NCBI GenBank assembly: GCA_003166335.1
Contig: PMWA01000027.1
Coordinates: 2,974 to 27,049, forward strand
Source of the DNA: Methanobacterium sp.
GTDB taxonomy: Archaea; Methanobacteriota; Methanobacteria; Methanobacteriales; Methanobacteriaceae
Length of the DNA stretch: 24,076 bases
Reading direction: 5' to 3'
Shown: positions 10,573 through 19,073 of the stretch, one piece after another
Layout: each line of letters starts with the position of its first letter
Position numbering within the stretch: position 1 is the stretch's first letter
The notes under the pieces: generated by a model
What the model was told of the DNA's origin: nothing
Databases searched by the model: none
Seen by the model: only the letters and a program-made list of their open reading frames with translations
Program-made: the position numbers and the translations under genes

Positions 10573-10613
10573 TCAAAATACTCCTTAAATTATGATAAAT
10601 CTTTTTTTTGGTG

Positions 10614-12014
10614 CTAATTTTTTTTGTAAGGTTGTATAAATTGTGACATAATTAAACCTAAAAATAATAGTATGACTATTAAATAAAACGAGTTTAACAA
10701 ACCACCCAATAATTTTTCAACAGTTAAAGCATTAGAAACCCCCATTAATAATATAAGTCCAAATATAGCAGTACCCACGGAAGTGTTAAGATTACTATTA
10801 GTACTCCTAATCGCGGAAGCATCAGGTTGCTTATCATGACTAATCTGAGAGAAAGCAAGATTAGAACCATGCGGAGCAATAATTCCCACACCCAATCCAA
10901 TCAATGATATACCTAATACTATCTGTAAAAAACTAGGATGCAAACTAAAAACACTAATCGAGTAAACACTTCCAATTAAACAAACTATAAAACCCAAGGA
11001 TATAATGTAACGTGGTTGAAATCTCACCGAAACTTCACCTGCGGTGAAGGTTACTAAAAACATGGGAATAGCCATCGCTACAAATATATAACCTGTTAAT
11101 AAAGCACTATACCCTAAAACAGTTTGTACAAAAACTGGTATTACAAAACGAACACCACTAATAACCGATCCATACAAAAATAGGAAAATATTACCTAAAA
11201 TAAATGATCTAATTTTAAAAACTCTAATATCAACCAATGGATGATTATTATTCTTAATCCTACTCTTCTGATTAAAATAGAATACTATTAAAAGTATAAC
11301 ACCCGTTAATAATACATAAGGACTGATAAACCAGGTGACGGGGTTGTTAAGTAATATTAAACCATAAACTAATAAAAATATACCTAAAGCGGAGTTAATG
11401 CCACCAACTATATTAATATCTGACCAGTGCATGGTTGCTGGAAATGAGGGTATAGACCTAGAAAATACTAATATTAAGAGTATTATAATGAATTCTAATC
11501 CGAATGCATACCTCCAACTGTAATACGTGGTTAAAAATCCACCAATAAATGGACCCACCACTAGAGCAGCAGACGCTATCGAGGCGCCTAAACCCAAAGC
11601 AGTAGCTCTTCTTTTACCAGAATAACTGCCAATTATTATAGAATACATACTCACCCACATTAATGCTCCGCCAATACCCTCCAATATAGACCATCCCAAT
11701 AAGAGCATATTACTATTCAAGCTTAATGCAGCAATAAGATTACCAACACCAAAAATAAAAGCCCCTATAAGAAACGTTCTCTTCCTACCTAAAACCTTTT
11801 GCAATTCACCGCTGAGAAGAGTTAAACTCGCCAAAACCAACGCATAAATAACGATAATACTTTGAATAGTAACAAAAGTAGTATGCAAATCATGAACCAA
11901 AGCAGTAATCGCTACATTCAAAAAACTAATATCAATACCAATAATAAAAGCAGCTAAAGTAACAATAATTAAAGGAAACCAACCCACATCACCATTAACA
12001 TTAATATCACTCAT
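10614..12014 (-). CDS. MFS transporter (DHA2-like, ~14 TMS)
   Basis: IDISFLNVAI, GELQKVLGRKRTF motif A, GPFIGGFLTTYYSWR, HPLVDIRVFK; start overlaps the MarR stop (ATGA). Confidence 0.93.
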   Translation of the reverse strand: MSDINVNGDVGWFPLIIVTLAAFIIGIDISFLNVAITALVHDLHTTFVTIQSIIVIYALVLASLTLLSGELQKVLGRKRTFLIGAFIFGVGNLIAALSLNSNMLLLGWSILEGIGGALMWVSMYSIIIGSYSGKRRATALGLGASIASAALVVGPFIGGFLTTYYSWRYAFGLEFIIILLILVFSRSIPSFPATMHWSDINIVGGINSALGIFLLVYGLILLNNPVTWFISPYVLLTGVILLIVFYFNQKSRIKNNNHPLVDIRVFKIRSFILGNIFLFLYGSVISGVRFVIPVFVQTVLGYSALLTGYIFVAMAIPMFLVTFTAGEVSVRFQPRYIISLGFIVCLIGSVYSISVFSLHPSFLQIVLGISLIGLGVGIIAPHGSNLAFSQISHDKQPDASAIRSTNSNLNTSVGTAIFGLILLMGVSNALTVEKLLGGLLNSFYLIVILLFLGLIMSQFIQPYKKN

Positions 12015-12463
12015 TCATTTAACCCCTGAATCTTTAAAACAACATTTTTAATAATTTCAATACTCATACTAAGCTTTTCAACCTCTTTAAAGTTCAATGG
12101 AGATAATAATTGATTCATATGCTCTCCAACAGGTTTTCGGGATTCTTTTATGAAATTCCGCCCTTCAGGAGTCAGTGCAATCTTGATTATTCTGCGGTCT
12201 TTTTCATCATGCACTCGTTCTATGAATCCTGCTTTAACCAGTTCATCGATTCTAGATGTCATTTGAGACTTAGATACTCTCAATTTCTTCCCAAGTACTG
12301 ATATTGATGGATTATCATATTGTTCAATCAGTATTAACCAGAAAAATGTTTTTAAAAATTTTCTTTCACCTAAATGCATTAATTCTCTATTAAAAAGCCT
12401 AATATAAATTAAAGTATCTTCCATCATCTCTTCTAACAGTTCATCCGTCTGTTTTTCTCCCAT
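12011..12463 (-). CDS. MarR family transcriptional regulator
   Basis: SKSQMTSRIDELVKAGFIERVHDEKDRRIIKIALTPEG winged-helix signature. The ATG at 12463 follows a GGGGTGG RBS; the ORF-track start at 12526 lies within the promoter. Confidence 0.93.
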   Translation of the reverse strand: MGEKQTDELLEEMMEDTLIYIRLFNRELMHLGERKFLKTFFWLILIEQYDNPSISVLGKKLRVSKSQMTSRIDELVKAGFIERVHDEKDRRIIKIALTPEGRNFIKESRKPVGEHMNQLLSPLNFKEVEKLSMSIEIIKNVVLKIQGLNE

Positions 12464-12516
12464 AACAATAACCACCCCAAAATTTTTTATTTTAATGTAA
12501 AAATTATAATTAATAT

Positions 12517-12568
12517 AATAGTTCACTTTTATAAACTATATAGTAAAATGAACTATTTGATATTTAAA
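12517..12568 (-). promoter_or_regulatory. marR promoter: TATA box plus inverted-repeat operator
   Basis: AATAGTTCA (12517-25) / TGAACTATT (12549-57) inverted repeat directly downstream of minus-strand TTTAAATA (12561-68). Confidence 0.65.
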
Positions 12569-12649
12569 ACTTTTGATCTTTTTTAGCACATCCCATGAGA
12601 CTTAAAAAAAAATTATTCTATATACCTGTATATACTAAAGAATATTATA

Positions 12650-13577
12650 ATGAAAACAGATACTCCTAGTCGTACTGCTCAATATATGGCATTGTTTAGA
12701 GCAATTGAAACAGTAAGGCCAAGTCAAAAAAGATTATTTAATGATCCATATTCAATGATCTTTCTTGATAATACATTTAAATTAGCAGTGAAAATCTCGT
12801 CAATTCCATTTTTTAGGAAGGCTTATTTTAAAGATAATTCAAAATAACGCACCCGGCGCTTTATCCTCAGGCATAGCAAGAACAAAATATATAGACGACT
12901 TACTAGAACAAACTATCTCAGACGGAGTAGAACAAGTAATAATTTTAGGGGCTGGTTTCGACACAAGAGCTTTACGACTTAATTTCCTTGAAAATATCTC
13001 ACTTATCGAAATTGACCATCCAGACACCTCAAATATTAAAATAGAAAAACTTAAAAATACAATAGGTCATTTACCTTCAAATGTTAAGTATTATCAATTA
13101 GACTTCAAAAAACAAAGTTTAACCGATTTAGCTAATGAATACAATCTTAATCTGGATATACCAACAACTTTTATTTGGGAAGGTGTAACCAACTATTTAA
13201 ATCAAGAAGCAGTCGATAAAACATTCGAATTTATCCAAAAATTCTCAGATAAAACATATATTATTTTTACTTATATCGATAAGCAAGTTCTTGATAATCC
13301 TCAGGCTTTTCAAGGAACTGAACAGTTATTTAAAAACCTTAAAAAAAGTGAAGAACCGTATACATTTGGTATTCAACCAGATATGCTTCCAGAATACCTA
13401 AAAAAATTTGATATAACACTCATAGAGAATAAGAGTGCTGATGAATACCGTAATAAATACATTCCCGAAAGAACCAACATCATAAAAGGTTATGAATTTT
13501 ACAGAGTAGCCTTCGCAAAACGGGTAAATCAAGAAAAAATTTTTGAAAGTATAATTAAATTTATAATATCTTTTTAA
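12650..13577 (+). pseudogene. Class I SAM-dependent methyltransferase (leucine carboxyl MTase/TIGR00027-like), one frameshift
   Basis: SRTAQYMALFRAIE...LFNDPYS, then after removing one G at 12820-21: IARTKYIDD...QVIILGAGFDTRA...IEIDHPDT...FIWEGVTNYL...YTFGI, continuing in frame to the stop at 13577. Confidence 0.92.
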
Positions 13578-13629
13578 TAATAATACAAAGACAAAAAACC
13601 ACCCTTAGCTAATAACTAAAATACTATTT

Positions 13630-13833
13630 CTAATCTTCTTTTAAGTTATAAATAAATATGTCTTCTATCTGTACTTTAAAAAATCTGGCTAGTTTAAAGG
13701 CCAAAGCTAACGAAGGATCGTATTTATCCTTTTCAATAGCAATAATAGTCTGTCTAGTTATTCCTAATTTATTTGCAAGTTTTTCCTGTGTTAAATCGTT
13801 CATGGCTCTATAGACTTTGAGTTTATTTTTCAT
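13630..13833 (-). CDS. XRE/Cro-type helix-turn-helix transcriptional regulator
   Basis: MKNKLKVYRAMNDLTQEKLANKLGITRQTIIAIEKDKYDPSLALAFKLARFF, a canonical HTH_3 domain. Confidence 0.96.
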   Translation of the reverse strand: MKNKLKVYRAMNDLTQEKLANKLGITRQTIIAIEKDKYDPSLALAFKLARFFKVQIEDIFIYNLKED

Positions 13834-13861
13834 GAGTTCCTCAACTTAAAATTTTTTTTAC

Positions 13862-14308
13862 TTACCCATATTTTCTTTTGTTATATGTGTAGAAAACTGC
13901 ATAAATTATAATTATAACAACCCCTGAAATATTCAGAGTGATTCCTACAGGTGCGTACTGAGGATAATGATAACTAAGAGTATCTAATACAATTCCCAAA
14001 TATATTGTCATTATTGTAAAAACGAATAAAGTTTGACGAGAAGCTTTTTCACTTATATAATACGCTCTTTCATCTTTAACTTTAAATTCTTTTCTAATTT
14101 TCCGTTTGAATGGATAAGAAATAATAAAACTCAAAGTAACACCAAAAATAACAGCTAAAATGTTCCCATTTATAATTCCCCATATAATTAATATTACAAC
14201 TGGTATTAAAATTATTATACGAATTATTTTAAGATACTTAAAAAGTGAATTCTTATCTTTTTTATCATCACTCATTCCATTTTCTTCATTATTCAACTTA
14301 ACCACCAA
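13862..14308 (-). CDS. DUF2178-family membrane protein
   Basis: Four hydrophobic segments with a central KDERAYYISEKAS motif; directly upstream of an XRE regulator, the typical pairing. Confidence 0.8.
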   Translation of the reverse strand: MVVKLNNEENGMSDDKKDKNSLFKYLKIIRIIILIPVVILIIWGIINGNILAVIFGVTLSFIISYPFKRKIRKEFKVKDERAYYISEKASRQTLFVFTIMTIYLGIVLDTLSYHYPQYAPVGITLNISGVVIIIIYAVFYTYNKRKYG

Positions 14309-14342
14309 GCATACATCCTTTTTTTATTGAAAAACTATTTTC

Positions 14343-14381
14343 ATGTTAAACAACTAATACATAATGTTATATAAGCTTTAC
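14343..14381 (-). promoter_or_regulatory. Candidate promoter/operator of the DUF2178-XRE operon
   Basis: Two imperfect palindromes, ATGT-N12-ACAT (14343-62) and GTTATATAAGCTTTAC (14366-81), the second covering a minus-strand TTATATA box. Confidence 0.4.
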
Positions 14382-14796
14382 TATATGTCAATACCTAATT
14401 ACTTTAACCTAAAAAAATTAGAAAAACCTAAACAAAGCAAACAAAAAATTACTTAAAATTAAAAAACAATGGGTAATATTAATAAATCAAACCTAATTAA
14501 AGCAATTGAAGTGCATGTCTAACTTTAATTGTTTAAATTTTAGATACTTAATTCAAAAAATGAATGATTTTAAAGGTTCAAATTACTTAATTTCCTCCCG
14601 AAATTATGTTCAGATAGGATTAAATAGGTTTTCATAAAAAATAATAATAAATAAAAAAAATAAGTAATTATAACTAATTCCTTATGTTAGAGTGTTTAAC
14701 AGATCTAACTTTAATTATTTCTTCCTGAAATCAAGATGGAAATTATTATTAAAATAGGATTTAATTACCAGATGCAAATAATTTGGAGGTGTTAAT

Positions 14797-15327
14797 TTGA
14801 ATGATGATGAAATATACAATCATCCAAGGATAGATGATGTTGATAAAAAAATTATTGGTTTAATAGATGATTGTTTTGATTCTCTCTTAAATAAAGGTGA
14901 ACTTGATTCTAAACAATTGAAAAGCGTAGCAAAATACCTTCACATAGTAAATACTGAATTTATTACGCCTAATCGTATTCGCAATGAATTTGCTTGGTAT
15001 TCATATTTTTTAACTTATCTCAATAAAAACAATCCCTATGATAAAAATAAGGTATTTGAATGGTGGGTTAAAATTAAAAAGTCCGGATTGTTAACCCTGT
15101 ATTTATAAATTTTTTCTTTGAATATTAAAGGAGAAAAAAATAAATCATTGCTGCTTAATGCTGAAGAAAAAATTAAATTTCAATCCTTATTTATCGAATC
15201 TATTAACCGGATGGAAAAATATACTGATTCAATAGAGCTTCTTCGATCTTGTGCGTTTGCTCTGCAAAACCTTATTAATGAATCACATGACAAAGAAAGT
15301 GATATACCTACATGGATACGTGATTAG
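14797..15327 (+). pseudogene. Hypothetical protein split by an in-frame stop
   Basis: Strong GGAGGTG RBS before TTG 14797. ORFs 14797..15108 and 15118..15327 share a frame and are separated only by TAA ATT TTT TCT; the second has no RBS. Confidence 0.65.
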
Positions 15328-15441
15328 AATCCAAAATGAATATTCCTAATCCTAAAATATAATTTTTATTTATCTCCATAAATAGGCTTGATTCTAACTA
15401 ACTACGATAAACCGCTTGATTTATAGCTTGTCATTTATAAA

Positions 15442-15469
15442 CCAGTTTAAAGATGCTATTTTAAACTGG
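15442..15469. repeat. Perfect 10-bp inverted repeat between convergent genes
   Basis: CCAGTTTAAA-gatgctat-TTTAAACTGG. Confidence 0.6.
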
Positions 15470-15597
15470 CTATGATTAGTATTGATAAAAAAACTCTCGC
15501 TTGGAAAAGTAATTTTAATCTAATTCTAACTATTAGTTTATTAGATTCATCATTAAAATGATTTATATGATTATTTATTCTATAGAAAATAAATTTT

Positions 15598-16253
15598 TTA
15601 TTTTGATGATTTAACAAATAAATAAATTATCACTATCAAAAAATATCCTAATGTACTTAGTCTGGGACTGATGAAAGCAATACCTATTGATAATAATGCT
15701 GCTAAAGACACGGATAAATTTCTATATTCTAAAATTTTGATGGTTCGATGTGTAATATCCTTTCTGAGTAAGTATTTATTTTTCACCACTCGGGCCCAGT
15801 TTATATATAATAGCAGGCCAGATATGAATAAAATTAGGTTAAAGATTATAACAGCAGTTATTGTGTCACCATATCCACTTAGAACAGCTGTTGAGAATGG
15901 TACGAGGCAAATAAAAGCTAGGAATAATGTGTTTATCCACCAAATTCTTTGATCTATGTATTCAATGTTTCTAAACTGTCTATGATGATTATTTAATAGA
16001 ATAGCTAAAACGAAAAAAGCTAGAAAATAACCAACAAACTTGGGCATAAAGTACCTAAAAAACTCAATACTGATGCATTAGAATCTGTTACTATGGGAAC
16101 TGACAAATCCAGCACCAGAAGAGTCATTGCTATGGCAAAAACCGCATCAACAAAATTTTCAAGACGACCTTTGTCCCTAATCTCCAATTGTATTCTAGAA
16201 TTTGTAGTTTCATTTCCAATATCAATATTTTTTTTAGGATCATCAGTCATCAT
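15598..16253 (-). pseudogene. TMEM175 (DUF1211) family potassium channel, one frameshift
   Basis: RLENFVDAVFAIAMTLLVLDL matches the TM1 signature. Restoring one base near 16045 (TG(G)CCC, LWPKFVGY) joins NHH...WINTLFLAFICLVPFST. AGGTG RBS before ATG 16253. Confidence 0.9.
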
Positions 16254-16602
16254 ATAACACCTAATCAAATTTAACGGATATTAATAATTCTACCGTATTT
16301 TTTTTTTCCAATCTATAAAAAAAAACGATTTGTTTTATAAATATATTAAAATTATTATATTAATTTACTGGATATCAAATGGGTTAATGGATGGAAATAT
16401 AATGACAGATAGGAAAAGAAGGATAATAAACTCCACTTTTTTGAAGGTTTTTTTTAAAATAAATAAATCAGAGATAATGCCAAGTACGTTAAAAGCTGGA
16501 TGAATGAAGTAAAAACTATATTTCTTAGTCAAACTAAACGAAAACTTTTGTTCATATAATGTTGTAAATCCAGTTTAATCTGTAAATAATTATTAAATAG
16601 AC

Positions 16603-16960
16603 CTATTTTATAATAAATTCACCATCTAACACTGTACCTGCATCACTAATTAATTTAAAAATATAAATATTATCATCACTTTTCATAACATTAATTATAA
16701 GTCGTCCTGGACGTCCCATTACATCTCTTTGTTCAGATTTTATTTCGACTAAATTGTTATTTTTCTTAATAATACCATTTATAACCAGATAAACCCCTAA
16801 AGGACCTTGTGCTGAACCAGTTACAGGATCTTAGTTTCTTTCGAAGAAATGTAAATCCTTTTATTCGATATTTATCTCCAATAGTTTCTAGTTTGTCATA
16901 CTCACAACTAACCTTCTTTAAATGGATAAACTTTTTAAAACAACGTAAACATATTCCACT
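16603..16960 (-). pseudogene. C-terminal relic of a PhzF/diaminopimelate-epimerase-like protein
   Basis: Manual translation: ...DKLETIGDKYRIKGFTF|DPVTGSAQGPLGVYLV|NGII...EIKSEQRDVMGRPGRLII...TVLDGEFIIK*. (E)DPVTGSA and EQx..MGRP are PhzF hallmarks. Confidence 0.8.
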
Positions 16961-17115
16961 TTAATTTATTGTAATTGAACCGGTTTTAAATATGAAATTA
17001 AAAAAAAAATAATGCAGCAAACCTTTTCCATACTTTATAAAAAGATTTGAATACAGTTATAACTGCTTTAAGCTCACTAAACGCTTTTTTCATCCTCTTT
17101 TTTTTATGAAATTCC

Positions 17116-17370
17116 TTATTTTAAAATTGCTTCTCTAAATAGAGCAAATATGACAACAAGGTATCCAAGTGCTCTGATTAAAATTATTGAAATATTGTTT
17201 GAACTGGTAGCTCCCAAAAGTATTTCTAGCCATGAAATGGCGAAGAGTCCGAAACCAAGGGCAACATATAGTGCTAATGTATATTTTTTAAGTCTAAAAA
17301 CCCAGAATCCTAAAATTACAATTATTATTCCAAATATAAAGTTCATTAATGTGGTAGGGTCAACTGCCAT
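17116..17370 (-). CDS. Small 3-TM membrane protein, hypothetical (84 aa)
   Basis: GGAGGTG RBS before ATG 17370: MAVDPTTLMNFIFGIIIVILGFW...GFGLFAISW...IRALGYLVVIFAL. Confidence 0.8.
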   Translation of the reverse strand: MAVDPTTLMNFIFGIIIVILGFWVFRLKKYTLALYVALGFGLFAISWLEILLGATSSNNISIILIRALGYLVVIFALFREAILK

Positions 17371-17503
17371 CAAAAATACACCTCCCTTATTGTTAATTGT
17401 GTAATCATATGGAATATTATCTCTATTAAATTTTATCATCAAATCACATTGTAATTATCAACATAATCACCATAAACCCCGGACATAATTTTAACCCTTA
17501 AAC

Positions 17504-17545
17504 TGTAAACCCTTTACAACCTTAACACTTTGTAAACCCTTTACA
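17504..17545. repeat. Two exact copies of the 15-bp palindrome TGTAAA-CCC-TTTACA
   Basis: Copies at 17504-17518 and 17531-17545, 27-bp period. Confidence 0.85.
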
Positions 17546-17557
17546 TTATGTGATAAC

Positions 17558-17653
17558 ATAGCATTAAAATTAGCTGTTGAACTTTCAGAACGTAGATTAG
17601 AAATTGATAAACTTTTAAAAGAGGGTAAAAGTCCAAGATTTATAGTTGAATAG
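17558..17653 (+). pseudogene. Possible truncated gene start, phage small-terminase/HTH-like
   Basis: GTGAT RBS-like motif, ATA (possibly a mutated ATG), then ALKLAVELSERRLEIDKLLKEGKSPRFIVE*. Family resemblance is from memory only. Confidence 0.3.
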
Positions 17654-17959
17654 CATAATGGAGTACCTGTAAAAAAATACTTAATTTCAACCCTATAATT
17701 TTGTAGAATATAAATTAATCTTATACATTAGTACCCGCTTGCTTGCAGGCTCGCTGCATATCAAACATCCTTTAAAAATGCTTAAAAGTAACTGTTTAAT
17801 TAAACAAGCAGTACCTTATTGAATTCAGTTTCAAATTTATGAAGTAACCAGATTATAGAGGTTCACTTTAAGTAAAGTTTAATAGAATAGGCTTGGATAC
17901 AGTATAATAACTAAAATTAATCGTGAAGTTCAGGAAGGAAGCTGTAGGAAAAATTTAAA

Positions 17960-18145
17960 ATGAAAATATCAAATTTAATTGAAATATTAAATGATGTTAA
18001 GAATAAAGAAGGGGATTTGGAAGTAGAAATATTGGATCCTGATTACGGTAATTCAAGGATTTACAGAATTTTATTAGATGATAATAAATTAGTTTTGTCG
18101 AGTTATTTTCATGGAAAAGGGAAAGTTTTATGGGAAGACGATTAA
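17960..18145 (+). CDS. Small hypothetical protein, phage-like (61 aa)
   Basis: AGGA RBS; MKISNLIEILNDVKNKEGDLEV resembles the N-termini of small phage proteins. Confidence 0.65.
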   Translation: MKISNLIEILNDVKNKEGDLEVEILDPDYGNSRIYRILLDDNKLVLSSYFHGKGKVLWEDD

Positions 18146-18197
18146 TAGAAGGAGAATGTCCAGATTAACAAAGGGTAAAGCAGGGGGTGATTTGGGG

Positions 18198-18407
18198 ATG
18201 GAACATGATTATCCGACACAAGATACGATTAAATTAATTTTTACAGATTATGATGAATTAAAAGAAACTGTTGATAAAATAATGGAAGAAGGAACTGATT
18301 TTGAATTTAAATCTAGCAATTATGAGGAGATGGAGTATTATATTTTTTTGGATTGGGAAGACTTCTTAAGACTTCAAGATACAATAGGATTAACTTTAGA
18401 AGATTAA
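18198..18407 (+). CDS. Small highly acidic hypothetical protein (69 aa)
   Basis: GGGGTGA RBS before TTG 18192 / ATG 18198; 21 Asp/Glu versus 5 Lys/Arg. Confidence 0.7.
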   Translation: MEHDYPTQDTIKLIFTDYDELKETVDKIMEEGTDFEFKSSNYEEMEYYIFLDWEDFLRLQDTIGLTLED

Positions 18408-19073
18408 TTACGGTTTTAAGTGGTATCTATTAACTTGTTCCTTTATGTTATGATACTATAGTTTACATTTCAAAATAAAACTAAACTGTCTCACTCGCTT
18501 GCTTGAGCCATTTTTTTTAATGTGTGAATTTTCTAATAATTAAATATGAAGTAATGAGAAGGCGAGCAGAAAAAAATCAGGATTTTGCATAAAAGACTTA
18601 AAAATACCATAGCTGGATTTATAGCACACAAAAGTAATTAATCAACAATGAAATCTACTTCGTTATAGGGTAGTAACCAAAAGTAACCAGTTTCTATATA
18701 CCCCCTAAGAGTGCGAAGAAAATAGAATAAAATGGATGTTCTCTTAGGTACTTTATGATAAAAAAATAAGTGGGTAATTTTACGAATTTTGCAAGTCTTA
18801 AAAAAAAACGAACTTCGCATAAATTATATGATTATATAATTTTTTTATATAATTTTTTAGTTTCCCTCCATTTTTTACCATTCGGCCATGAATTGTATGG
18901 TGTTCCCTTAAACAAGATTTACAAGTCAAAAAAAAAATGTAATGTTGAGTTTTACATTCCTATTCAAACTATAGATGTCAATTATTGCCCATTAATTTAC
19001 ATATTTGATTCTTCCTTTTGTTTTCATTTTATGAACACCTAATTTATTCTTGAGTAGATGTTTAAAATTGAAG

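Noticed and set aside
12810..12830. Programmed frameshifting as the explanation for the split genes
   Set aside because: No consistent slippery heptamer or stimulator at the lesions, the families are not known for recoding, and one gene would need five shifts.
14517..14692. Integron attC-like GTCTAAC...GTTAGAG pair
   Set aside because: About 175 nt apart, imperfect core site, no internal complementarity, no cassette array and no integrase.
15106..15108. Pyrrolysine or selenocysteine read-through of in-frame stops
   Set aside because: The stops here and at 2918-2920 are TAA, not TAG or TGA.
17054..17065. 12-bp palindrome CAGTTATAACTG
   Set aside because: Isolated, AT-rich core and no second copy; compatible with chance.
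17504..17545. Mini CRISPR array
   Set aside because: Only two 15-bp units with a 12-bp gap, too short for repeats and spacers; no cas genes.
18638..19042. ORFs 18638..18820 (-) and 18770..19042 (+)
   Set aside because: No RBS, they run through homopolymer tracts, composition is atypical and they overlap each other.
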